Below, piece after piece: positions 8,376-17,021 of a DNA stretch of 28,442 nucleotides (position 1 is the first letter of the stretch; each line of letters starts with the position of its first letter). The notes beneath the pieces are model-generated. The model saw only the letters and a program-made list of their open reading frames with translations. It ran no database searches and was not told the DNA's origin. This stretch comes from a bacterium (GTDB lineage Bacteria; RBG-13-61-14; DATKZS01), in NCBI GenBank assembly GCA_046484135.1, contig JAWOBU010000167.1, positions 1 to 28,442 on the forward strand, written 5' to 3'. A program made the position numbers and the translations under genes.

Positions 8376-9518
8376 ATGCGGATGTTTACCAAGAAGACGG
8401 CTCGGATGCGGGACAAGGCAAGAAAGGTGGCCGCGGCGGCGTCGGAAAAGGCGGAAAAGATAGACCATGACGACTACTTCCCGGCCGAGCTCTGGGACCG
8501 GCTGTGGGAGTCGGGCTACATGACCATGCGGGTGCCGAAGGAGTACGGCGGAGGGGGGTGGAGCTTGACCGAGTCGGTGGTGGTAGTGGAGGAGCTGGCG
8601 CGCGGATGCGGTGCGGCAGGCCTGAACGTGCTTCTCCAGGTGCTCGCGGCCAGCGCCATTTCCGGGTTCGCGTCCGAGGACCGGGCAAAGGAGCTTTTCC
8701 GAAAGATAGTGGACGAAAGACAGGTGTGCGCTTTCGCCCTGTCCGAGCCCGAGCCTGCCCCTGACTCGCCGGGAACCATCAGCACCGCCCGCAAATCCAA
8801 GTCCGGCTACGTGCTTTCCGGCCGCAAGACGTTCGTGTCCGGCGCGCGGGAGGCGGACATGGTGATTGTTATCGCGGCGACCAACGCAAAAGCGCGGCTG
8901 AAAAAGGCCTTGAGCGCGTTCGTGGTGCCTGCCGGGACCACCGGCATGCTTCCGGCCACCGAGCTTTCCCGGCAGGGACTGCGGGGCGTTCCCGCGGTGG
9001 ACCTGGTGTTCGAGGGGTGTAAGGTGGACTCCTCCGCCTTGCTGGGCCGCGCCGGCCAGGGTTACGAGGTGGCAAGAAGGGCGACCATTGCCGCACTGCC
9101 GCTGGCTGCCGCCTTGTCGTGCGGACTTCTGATCGAGGCCGTAAACCAGGTGGTGGAGCTGGCCCGGAGCCGCGATTCGCACTCTTCGCCGTTATCCGAG
9201 TTCCAGTCCATTGAGCTTGCCTTGGCGGACATGGCGGCCGGGCTGGACGCCGCGGTGGCCATGACCTGGGCCGCGGCCGGTGCGGTGGACGCGGGGTCCA
9301 CGGAAGCGGAGAAGATGGCCCGGGAGGCGAAGTGGACCGCGACTGAAGCCGCTATAAAAGGGACAGACGCGGCTGCCGGGCTTTTCGGCATCCGGGGGGC
9401 AGTGCAGGGAACGCTCCTGGAGAGGCTCGGAAGGGACGCCCGGGCCAATAAGCTGGTCCTCGGTCCCAATCACCTGCATCGGATCGAAGTGGCGAGAAAG
9501 ATGATCCGGCAAAGGTAA
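8376..9518 (+). CDS. acyl-CoA dehydrogenase family protein with degenerate active site
   Basis: VPKEYGGGG, EELARGC, FALSEP, YVLSGRKTFVS, EFQSI..ALADM; ATG at 8376 with GGAG RBS. The canonical IYEGT motif reads LVLGP. Confidence 0.85.
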   Translation: MRMFTKKTARMRDKARKVAAAASEKAEKIDHDDYFPAELWDRLWESGYMTMRVPKEYGGGGWSLTESVVVVEELARGCGAAGLNVLLQVLAASAISGFASEDRAKELFRKIVDERQVCAFALSEPEPAPDSPGTISTARKSKSGYVLSGRKTFVSGAREADMVIVIAATNAKARLKKALSAFVVPAGTTGMLPATELSRQGLRGVPAVDLVFEGCKVDSSALLGRAGQGYEVARRATIAALPLAAALSCGLLIEAVNQVVELARSRDSHSSPLSEFQSIELALADMAAGLDAAVAMTWAAAGAVDAGSTEAEKMAREAKWTATEAAIKGTDAAAGLFGIRGAVQGTLLERLGRDARANKLVLGPNHLHRIEVARKMIRQR

Positions 9519-9520
9519 GG

Positions 9521-10150
9521 CTATAACTCCCGCGACTCGTTGAAACCCTTTACTCCGAGCTCGAATGCTTTCATGTTGAAGTCAATTTTCTCCCGGCTCG
9601 ACTCGAAGACCTCGGTGATGGTCTCCTTGAAGCGTTCGAGCGGAATCTCCAGCAGGCCGGAAGCTGCCAGGGACCCCACCATGACCACGTTCTGGGCCAC
9701 CAGGGTGCCGAGTTCCTTGGCCAGCTCCGTGCCCTCCACGATCCTGGCGCTCTTCGCAAGGTCCTTTATCTTGTTGAACAGGTCGTCGAGCTCCGGGTAA
9801 GCAACCTGGCCGGACAGCACGCTGATGGGGTAGTTGGGACGGGGGTTGAAAATCACGTGCGTGCCTTCGTGGCCGTAGTCCACCAGGATGCGTAAGGTCT
9901 CGAGTGGCTCGAAGCCCAGGATCACGTCGGCCTCCCCCTTGGGGATGAGCGGGCCGTACTGGAACTCGCGCGAGAACCGGACGTGGCTCATGACCGAGCC
10001 GCCGCGCTGGGAAGCGCCATAGGTCTCGCCAATGGAGGAGTAAAATCCCTCCCGGATGGCCGAGCTCGCAGTGAGCTGGCTGGCCAGGATATTGCCTTGG
10101 CCGCCCACGCCGGTAATAACAAGGTTCAACGGGTCCTTGGAAAGAGCCAT
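9521..10150 (-). CDS. iorB: indolepyruvate:ferredoxin oxidoreductase beta subunit
   Basis: GVGGQG, ETYGASQRGGSVMSHVR, GEADVILGFEPLE, NVVMVG, N.KAF.LG. Confidence 0.93.
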   Translation of the reverse strand: MALSKDPLNLVITGVGGQGNILASQLTASSAIREGFYSSIGETYGASQRGGSVMSHVRFSREFQYGPLIPKGEADVILGFEPLETLRILVDYGHEGTHVIFNPRPNYPISVLSGQVAYPELDDLFNKIKDLAKSARIVEGTELAKELGTLVAQNVVMVGSLAASGLLEIPLERFKETITEVFESSREKIDFNMKAFELGVKGFNESREL

Positions 10151-10153
10151 GGA

Positions 10154-10774
10154 TTATTCCTTTCTTATATGTTCATTCTTTTCGATACGCTCCAGTACCT
10201 TTAAAAACCGCAGTAAGCTGTCAGCGTTTTCCGAGGCGGAGTCGGGTTTCCAATAAGATAGAACAAACTCGCTCATGATCGAGTTGTACTCTTTGCCTTG
10301 AACGCCCGAGCTGCCGGGTTGTGGAACCATTCCTTTAATATCCCTTCTTCTGCTTTTGCGGGCAATGTCTATTAAAGTTCTTTTCGGCTTCTGTATTTTT
10401 TCAACTTCTTTCGGGACGTGTTCTTCGGATACTCCCAGAAACTTGGCTATGCCTTGCCGGTCGGCCAGAAGCCAGGATTCCACCTCCTGCACGGCCAGCC
10501 TGAGGAACATGTCCGCAGCCGGAGCGGGAAGCTTTTCTTCAAGGTAGACCGGCGCACATTCCGCATCATTGTCAAGGTCCATTAAAACTATCCACGGCTG
10601 GCGCATGCTTTTACATGTATTGTTAAATTTATAAAGCCGTTCCAGAATCTGCTTTTTCCCTCTTTTGACGATAAAATAGTAATTGTTAATGGAAGTAGCG
10701 GATATTAACTTCCTGGCGACGATTTGATCGAGCTGACCTTCTACGACAAAGGTCACGAATCCGCTCTCCTCCAT
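10154..10774 (-). CDS. TOPRIM-like putative nuclease (DUF4276-type)
   Basis: N-terminal VVEG..D, central MDLD (DxD), LAVQEVESWLLAD; ATG 2 nt after the ATPase stop. The track's TTG start at 10789 is less likely. Confidence 0.8.
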   Translation of the reverse strand: MEESGFVTFVVEGQLDQIVARKLISATSINNYYFIVKRGKKQILERLYKFNNTCKSMRQPWIVLMDLDNDAECAPVYLEEKLPAPAADMFLRLAVQEVESWLLADRQGIAKFLGVSEEHVPKEVEKIQKPKRTLIDIARKSRRRDIKGMVPQPGSSGVQGKEYNSIMSEFVLSYWKPDSASENADSLLRFLKVLERIEKNEHIRKE

Positions 10775-10776
10775 GC

Positions 10777-11913
10777 TTATTTTGTCCAATCCAGAAGGCT
10801 TAACTGCTCCGGGTTTTCCGGAGCGGCCTCCGGAAAGGCAGACTCAGCCGCGCTTAACCCTGCTTCCATCATGCTTTTTATTCTTTGGGACTCAAAGCCT
10901 GTCATTATTTGTGTGCCTTCTTCGCCGGGGATAAGAAGAAGCACCTCTTCGGGTGCGATGCCTTCGTCGGCGAGCATCTCCGGGCTGTGGGTGCTCACAA
11001 TTATTTGTCTTTGACTCTTCCTCTCCACCTTAGCCATGATTTGGGGAAGATTTCTGACAACCTCGGGGTGAAGCGAAAGCTCGGGTTCCTCCAATAAAAG
11101 AAGACCCTTGCCTTCCAGCAATGCCCATAAGAAGCCGAGCAGCCGCAGGGTACCGTCGGACATGTCGGATTCGTTCTGCCAGCTTCCGTGTCTGCGCCAG
11201 TGCTTGTATCTGACCATCAGGTGGGGAACGCCTTTATTGTCTTTCTCCAGTTTGAAATCTTCGAACTGGGGGACCGCTATCTTGACGGCGTCTTCAATCC
11301 TTTTCAGCCACGCCTTTCTGGTGTTGGCATTGACCTTGGATATGTGGTCCAGGAAATCGCTTCCATAGGGATCGTCTTCCTGGGGAACAATCCTTCCTTG
11401 CTCCCGAATGATATGAGGAACAACGTGAAGGTAGTTTATGGATTTAAAGTGATTCGCTATCTCCCGGAAATTCCGGTTCATGCTTACCTGCTCGAGATAG
11501 GTCTGGGAGATAAGCTCGGAATCGGACCTTTCTTCCTTAAGAGGACGATCTAGAACAGTATGATCGTTTTTCTTTACGTGTTCTCTTTCTACATATGGTA
11601 TTCTCTGGTTGTTCTGTTTTATTTCCAGGTAATACTGCCATTCATCGTTATTCTGACTTGTCAATGAACAATCAATAATAAGGGAAGAATGCCTCCTGCC
11701 GGCGGCGGCCCTTAATTTGGATACTCCACCCCTGGCGTTAACGGCTTTATACAAACCTTCCGCGGCAAGGTCCTTGAGGAAACGAAACACGTCCAGCAAA
11801 TTGGATTTGCCCGAGGCATTGGGCCCGATAAGAAAACATCTGTCCTGTAAAGGAACGCCTTCCACCGTGGCAAAGTTTTTCCAGTTTTGCAGAGATATCT
11901 TGGAAAACTTCAT
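10777..11913 (-). CDS. AAA_21 / ABC-type ATPase (378 aa)
   Basis: I.LQNWKNF N-terminus, Walker A GPNASGKS, signature MSDGT, Walker B LLLEEPE..LHP, H-loop STHS; ATG at 11913, 20 nt after the iorA stop. Confidence 0.9.
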   Translation of the reverse strand: MKFSKISLQNWKNFATVEGVPLQDRCFLIGPNASGKSNLLDVFRFLKDLAAEGLYKAVNARGGVSKLRAAAGRRHSSLIIDCSLTSQNNDEWQYYLEIKQNNQRIPYVEREHVKKNDHTVLDRPLKEERSDSELISQTYLEQVSMNRNFREIANHFKSINYLHVVPHIIREQGRIVPQEDDPYGSDFLDHISKVNANTRKAWLKRIEDAVKIAVPQFEDFKLEKDNKGVPHLMVRYKHWRRHGSWQNESDMSDGTLRLLGFLWALLEGKGLLLLEEPELSLHPEVVRNLPQIMAKVERKSQRQIIVSTHSPEMLADEGIAPEEVLLLIPGEEGTQIMTGFESQRIKSMMEAGLSAAESAFPEAAPENPEQLSLLDWTK

Positions 11914-11933
11914 AGTGACGCTCTCTTTTGCTT

Positions 11934-13850
11934 TTACTTCTCTTCCACCTTGATCGCTCCGTGGGGGCAGACCTCGACGCACAGGCCGCACCTGGTGCAG
12001 ATGACGTCGTCTATCATGGCCTTTCCTTTTTCGTTGTCCCAGATCAGCGCCGGGCAGCCGAACACGCGGGAACAGAAGGCCATGCAGCCGCATTCCTTTC
12101 CCACGCACACCTCCTGGTCCACGTAGACGCGGGGCCTTTCTTCGGTGAGCTCCCGGGTCTGGATGAGTTGGCACTTGTGTCGAAAGATAAGCACCTGGAA
12201 CTCGTTTTTCTGGAGCGTGTCATAAAGCACCGCGACCGCCTCCCGGATGTCAAAGGGGTCCACCACCACCGGCTCGATCCCGAAGCCGCGGCAGACCGCG
12301 GGTATGTCTATGGCCTCTACCGGCTCTCCCACCGCGTTTTTGCCGGTGCCCGGATGGGGCTGGAACCCGGTCATGGATGTCGCGGTATTATCGAGCACGA
12401 TAAAGGTGAAGTTCGAGTTGTTGTACTTGGCGTGGGCGAGCGCGGGCAGGCAGGAGTGGAAAAAGGTCGAGTCTCCCGCGATGGCGACCACCGGCTGGTC
12501 CATGCCCGCGAGCTGTCCGAGGCCGGTGGCGTGCCCGATTCCCGATCCCATGCAGGAGAGGTTCCGGGAAAGGCTGTAGCCGGTCTTGGTTACTCCCATG
12601 GAGTAACAGCCGATGTCGCCTAGCAGGAACCCCTGCCGGTCGTCGAGCTTGAGCGCGGTCCGGATGGCCCAGAAGCTGGCCCGGTGGGGACATCCCGCGC
12701 AAAAGGCCCACTCGCGGGAGGGCAGTCCGAACCCGGACATCTCCTCCCTTGCTTTCTGGAACTTCTCCGAGGACCCGGTCTTCTTTTTGCCGGTGATTTT
12801 TCCCAGCACGTCGCAGACGATGTCCACGTCCATCTCGCCGATGCCCGGTCCCTTGGGGCCTGCCACGTGGCCGGTGCGCTTGCCGTAGATGCGGGGGACC
12901 TCGAGCTCGTCGAACACGCCGTTCGCTGCCACTACCTTGACGTTGTCCTCCAGGAAGGGGTCAACCTCCTCGATGATGATGACCTCGCGCGCGTGCCACA
13001 GGTGCTTCATAACGAGCTCATAAGGTATGGGCCAGGTGGTGCCCAGCTTGAGGACTCCCACGGTGTCGGAAAGGCCCAACGCCCGCACCGCCTCCCACGA
13101 GTACATGGAGCCGGTGCCGGAGGTTATGATCACCACGTGGGCGTCGTCCGGGCCCTGGTAGCTGTTGAAAGGAGAGCCTTCGAACTCCTTGCGGATGGCC
13201 TCGTTCTTCTGGTGCAAAAGCGGGTGCATGATGGGATGGGCCAGGAACTTGTCAAAAGGTCCGACCGCTGGCTGCCGGTCTTTTTGGGGTATCTCGCCCA
13301 GGGTTACGTTACCGCGGGCGTGCGATATGCGGGTAACGGACCGGACCAGGGTGATGAGCCTCTGCTTCTCGGAGAGCTCGAACGCGTACTTTATCATCTC
13401 CTTGGACTCGGCTATGTTGCCGGGTTCGAGCAGCGGAAGCTCGGCCAGCCTGGCATGGGCGCGGGAGTCCATTTCGTTGGTCGAGCTGTGGGCAGCGGGG
13501 TCGTCAGCCACCGCCACTACCACTCCTCCCTTGATGCCTGCCAGGTTCATGGTGTTCAGCACGTCAGAGGCCACGTTGACACCGTTCTGCTTCATGGCGG
13601 AAAGCGACCTGAGTCCGGCAAAGCTCACTCCCACGCAGGCCTCGAGCGCGGTCTTTTCGTTCACCGCCCACTCAGCGTGATGGCCGAATATCTTGGCGCC
13701 TCGGGCCAGGAACTCCTGTATCTCCGACGACGGAGAACCAGGGTAAGAGCTGGTAAAATCCACGCCCGCCTCGATGGCGCCCCGGGCAATGGCCTCGTTG
13801 CCCATCATCAAAACAACCTTGCCAGGAGAGTCCTGGAATATAGGGTTCAT
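11934..13850 (-). CDS. iorA: indolepyruvate:ferredoxin oxidoreductase alpha subunit
   Basis: MGNEAIARG, YPGSPSSEI, NEKTA, FCAGCPHR, GDIGCY, ThDP motif GDSTFFH..LDN, C-terminal ferredoxin CxxCxxCxxxCP. Confidence 0.95.
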   Translation of the reverse strand: MNPIFQDSPGKVVLMMGNEAIARGAIEAGVDFTSSYPGSPSSEIQEFLARGAKIFGHHAEWAVNEKTALEACVGVSFAGLRSLSAMKQNGVNVASDVLNTMNLAGIKGGVVVAVADDPAAHSSTNEMDSRAHARLAELPLLEPGNIAESKEMIKYAFELSEKQRLITLVRSVTRISHARGNVTLGEIPQKDRQPAVGPFDKFLAHPIMHPLLHQKNEAIRKEFEGSPFNSYQGPDDAHVVIITSGTGSMYSWEAVRALGLSDTVGVLKLGTTWPIPYELVMKHLWHAREVIIIEEVDPFLEDNVKVVAANGVFDELEVPRIYGKRTGHVAGPKGPGIGEMDVDIVCDVLGKITGKKKTGSSEKFQKAREEMSGFGLPSREWAFCAGCPHRASFWAIRTALKLDDRQGFLLGDIGCYSMGVTKTGYSLSRNLSCMGSGIGHATGLGQLAGMDQPVVAIAGDSTFFHSCLPALAHAKYNNSNFTFIVLDNTATSMTGFQPHPGTGKNAVGEPVEAIDIPAVCRGFGIEPVVVDPFDIREAVAVLYDTLQKNEFQVLIFRHKCQLIQTRELTEERPRVYVDQEVCVGKECGCMAFCSRVFGCPALIWDNEKGKAMIDDVICTRCGLCVEVCPHGAIKVEEK

Positions 13851-13898
13851 ACTCCGCTCCCTTCTTAAAAAGGATTTATAAGCTGATCAAGACTTTTG

Positions 13899-13914
13899 AG
13901 CAAAACCTGTGCCT
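13899..13914 (-). promoter_or_regulatory. putative sigma-54 (-24/-12) promoter of the ior operon
   Basis: Minus strand AGGCACAGGTTTTGCT has GG-N10-GC spacing, about 50 nt upstream of the iorA ATG, with an AT-rich tract further upstream. Confidence 0.65.
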
Positions 13915-14043
13915 CATGCTTTTTGGAAGCATAACACTATTATAATTTATTGACAAAAATCCGCGACAGGCACTACATCCTGATTTTGATGATTCTGTTT
14001 TTACCGCATGGCTTTGGTCCGGCCTTTTTATGCAAAGCAGCCT

Positions 14044-16641
14044 TCACATCATGGACACCGGGTCGCGGTCAATTTCCATGGTAACTCCCTTGGGTTTTTC
14101 TTTTTTGGCCATCAGGCGTCCGAGGTGCTCGCAGAATGCGGTGAGTGTACCGGGGGTGTCCGCTTTTATGAGAAGCATCCAGCGGGATTTTCCCTTGATG
14201 CGGGCGATGGGCGCAGACGCCGGTCCCAGTATCCTTACCTTCCCCTGGTACGCCTTGTTCCTGGAAATCTGTTTGGCGGTCCTTCCCGCCAGCATGGCGG
14301 TTGCGCGTACTGCATCGCGGTCGAGCCCGGAAAAGCGCATGTTGACGAGCCTGGCGAAAGGCGGATACCACAATGCTTTGCGGCGTTCTGCTTCTTCTTT
14401 GTAAAAGCTCTCGTAGTCGCCCTCCAGCGCGAGCCTGATCGCGTAATGCTCGGGCTGGAAGGTCTGGATAATGACCTTGCCGGGCGCGTCTCCCCTGCCG
14501 GCGCGTCCCGCCACCTGGGTGAGCATCTGGAAGGTCCTCTCCGAGGCCCGGAAGTCAGGCATGTTGAGACTGTTGTCAGCCATGAGCACTCCCACCAGGG
14601 TCACGCCCGGCAGATCGTGTCCCTTGGCCAGCATCTGGGTCCCGACCAGGATGTCTATCTCGTGGCGGCACACCTGGTCAATAAGCCGGAAGTAGCTTTC
14701 CCTGCTTCCCATGGCGTCGGAGTCCACCCGCTTCACCCGGGCTTGCGGGAAAAGGGCGACCACTGCTTCCTCCAACTGCTCGGTGCCTGCTCCGAAGGGC
14801 CGGATGCGCACTCCACGGCAGTGGGGGCAGACCTCCGGCACCGGCGTGTGATACCCGCAGTAGTGACACAACAGATACCCGCCTTCCGCGGGCTCGCCGT
14901 AAAAATTATCCACTGCCTTGCTGGTGGAGGAGCGGTGATAGGTCAGGCTTACCTCGCAGTTCTCGCAGATAAAGCGACGGCCGCAGTCAAAGCAGATCAT
15001 AAAGGAGAAGATGCCCCGCCGGTTGATGAAAAGTATGGACTGCTCTCCCCGGGAGAGCGCCGACTCGAGCTCCTCCCGGAGCCGGTCCGAGACAAGGTCT
15101 TCCGCGAACATCCGGTCCCGGTCCTTGACCAGGTCGGCCACCGGGTCCTCCTCCTCGGCGTCGCCCTTGTCTCTTTTTTCCTTTCTAAGGTCTATGAGCT
15201 CGATCTCGGGAAGCGGCCGTCCCACCACCCGTTTGGTGAGAGTAAGCGGGACATAACCGCCTTCATCGCACCGGCAGGCGCTTTCCAGCGAGGGTGTGGC
15301 CGATCCCAGCACCACCACCGCCCCTTCTTTCTTGGCCCGCATTATAGCGAGGTCCCGGCCCTGGTACATGAAGCCGTGGTCCTGCTTATAGGCGCCTTCG
15401 TGCTCTTCGTCCACTACTATGATTCCGGTGTCGGGAAGAGGAGCGAACACTGCGGAGCGGGCCCCTATCACCACCCGGGCTTCTCCCTTTTTGATCCGGC
15501 GCCACTGGTCGTACCGCTCGCCCGGGCTGAGACCGCTGTGGAGCACAGCCAGGAGGGAAGGGTCGAACCTCTGCCGGAAGCGGGCCAGAAGCTGGGGGGT
15601 GAGCGCTATTTCCGGCACCATCATGATGGCCCCCTGATGATTATCAAGGGCTTTCCGGATCAGTTGGAGATAGACCTCGGTCTTGCCGGAACCGGTTACG
15701 CCCCGCAACAGGAACACCCGGAAGCCGCGGTCATCCATCGCGGATGACATCCGTTCTACTGCCTCTTCCTGCTCGGGCATGAGCTTTTCCGGGGGCGGCT
15801 CCAGGGGCAGCTCCAGGGAGAACGGGTCGCGGGAGACCATGGTTTCGGTCTCTTTTACCAAGCCGGCGGAAGCGAGCTTTCCAGCCAGCCTGGCAGGGTC
15901 CTTGTAGCTCTTTCTGAGCTCGGAGAAGGGCACGGCTTCTCTGTCGGACAGCTCTTTTATAAGCCGGGCCTGCTGCGGCGCCCTGCGTTCGAGCCCGGCC
16001 AGCTCTTCCGGCGAGGGGTCGCGGCAGAGGGTAAGAAGGCGCTCAGTTTTTTCTTTCACCCTGGGTCCGGGAAGTTCCTGGGAAAGCTCGATCATCCCCT
16101 TTTTCGCAAGCTTTTCCAGTCGGGACTCGCTTATGCCCTTGCGGGAGCAAAGGCGGGTAACCGCGGCGGGTCCTTTTTCCCGCAGGGTCTCGAGCAGGAC
16201 GTGATCGGTTGAAGATAGTCCTTCCGCGGGAGCGTCATCATTTTTCATGAGCTCTTTTCGGCCGGTTTCGGTAAGCCGGGCGGTCCTTTTGCTGGCCACG
16301 TTAATCCCGGCGGGAAGGGAGGTCTTGATGACCTCTCCTATGGGGGCGAAGTAGTAGCGGGCGGCCCACTTGAAAAGATCAAGCTGTTTTCCGGACAGAA
16401 GCGGTTCAGGATCAATGATGCTTATGACATCTCTGAGTTGTTTCTCCGACACGGGCGGCTTTTCCGGAAAGGACATGATGTAACCGGTGACCCTCCTGTT
16501 TCCAAGGGGGACCAGCACTCTCTGGCCGGCCGCCGCCTTTTTGTCCATCTCCGGCGGAAGCCGGTAGGTCAGGGTACCGGTAATGGGCGCGTCCACCGCG
16601 ATCTCGGCCAGGCCGCCTTTTTTATTGTTTTCGGGGCTCAT
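14044..16641 (-). CDS. priA: primosomal protein N' (replication restart helicase)
   Basis: GQRVLVPLG, GVTGSGKTEVY, VPEIALTPQ, DEEH, four CxxC motifs, GTQMLAKGHD, QVAGRAGR, terminal DRDP. Confidence 0.97.
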   Translation of the reverse strand: MSPENNKKGGLAEIAVDAPITGTLTYRLPPEMDKKAAAGQRVLVPLGNRRVTGYIMSFPEKPPVSEKQLRDVISIIDPEPLLSGKQLDLFKWAARYYFAPIGEVIKTSLPAGINVASKRTARLTETGRKELMKNDDAPAEGLSSTDHVLLETLREKGPAAVTRLCSRKGISESRLEKLAKKGMIELSQELPGPRVKEKTERLLTLCRDPSPEELAGLERRAPQQARLIKELSDREAVPFSELRKSYKDPARLAGKLASAGLVKETETMVSRDPFSLELPLEPPPEKLMPEQEEAVERMSSAMDDRGFRVFLLRGVTGSGKTEVYLQLIRKALDNHQGAIMMVPEIALTPQLLARFRQRFDPSLLAVLHSGLSPGERYDQWRRIKKGEARVVIGARSAVFAPLPDTGIIVVDEEHEGAYKQDHGFMYQGRDLAIMRAKKEGAVVVLGSATPSLESACRCDEGGYVPLTLTKRVVGRPLPEIELIDLRKEKRDKGDAEEEDPVADLVKDRDRMFAEDLVSDRLREELESALSRGEQSILFINRRGIFSFMICFDCGRRFICENCEVSLTYHRSSTSKAVDNFYGEPAEGGYLLCHYCGYHTPVPEVCPHCRGVRIRPFGAGTEQLEEAVVALFPQARVKRVDSDAMGSRESYFRLIDQVCRHEIDILVGTQMLAKGHDLPGVTLVGVLMADNSLNMPDFRASERTFQMLTQVAGRAGRGDAPGKVIIQTFQPEHYAIRLALEGDYESFYKEEAERRKALWYPPFARLVNMRFSGLDRDAVRATAMLAGRTAKQISRNKAYQGKVRILGPASAPIARIKGKSRWMLLIKADTPGTLTAFCEHLGRLMAKKEKPKGVTMEIDRDPVSMM

Positions 16642-16650
16642 TAACGGAGG

Positions 16651-17004
16651 TTAGAGTGAGTTTTTAATCAGTGCGAGGATCTCTTCCACCACCAGGTTCT
16701 GGATCAGGCTCCGGGACTCCTCGTCCAGGGTGTCGAACTCGACCCCCACGCCAGTGGGCCACTTACCCTTTTTTTCCCGCCGGCGGACAACTGTTCCCCA
16801 CAGCTCCAGGGACACGTTCTCTTCGGTACGCGAGAATTGCATAAGTACTCTGCTTCCCACCGGCGGCGGAGGATTCATGACCAAAAACACCCCTCCCCAG
16901 CTCACGTCTTCCACTGACACGTCCCGGAAGTCATCATCCGTCTCATGTACTTTGATCCGGAGGATAATAGGCAGGGGCACTCGCAGGTATTGTCTCGTTT
17001 TCAT
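16651..17004 (-). CDS. single-domain PilZ protein
   Basis: RxxxR (RQYLR) and DxSxxG (DVSWGG) motifs; G.VVR and GVGVEF strands. Confidence 0.88.
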   Translation of the reverse strand: MKTRQYLRVPLPIILRIKVHETDDDFRDVSVEDVSWGGVFLVMNPPPPVGSRVLMQFSRTEENVSLELWGTVVRRREKKGKWPTGVGVEFDTLDEESRSLIQNLVVEEILALIKNSL

Positions 17005-17021
17005 TTGAAACCTCGTTAAGC

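Noticed and set aside
10140..11945. Target-site duplication or terminal inverted repeats around the ATPase/TOPRIM insert
   Set aside because: Only loose purine-rich similarity at the two junctions; no convincing repeat, so it is not called a mobile element.
11914..12174. 87-codon N-terminal extension of the ATPase ORF overlapping the iorA 3' end, suggesting a fusion or frameshift
   Set aside because: The extension is an off-frame reading of iorA; the ATPase fold starts at ATG 11913 and iorA ends with an intact ferredoxin domain.
14008..15747. 579-aa plus-strand ORF antisense to priA, and similar long antisense ORFs at 12684-13868, 22836-24080, 26639-27871 and 3147-4076
   Set aside because: Shadow ORFs expected from GC-rich codon usage; no recognisable motifs, and each lies opposite a clear gene.
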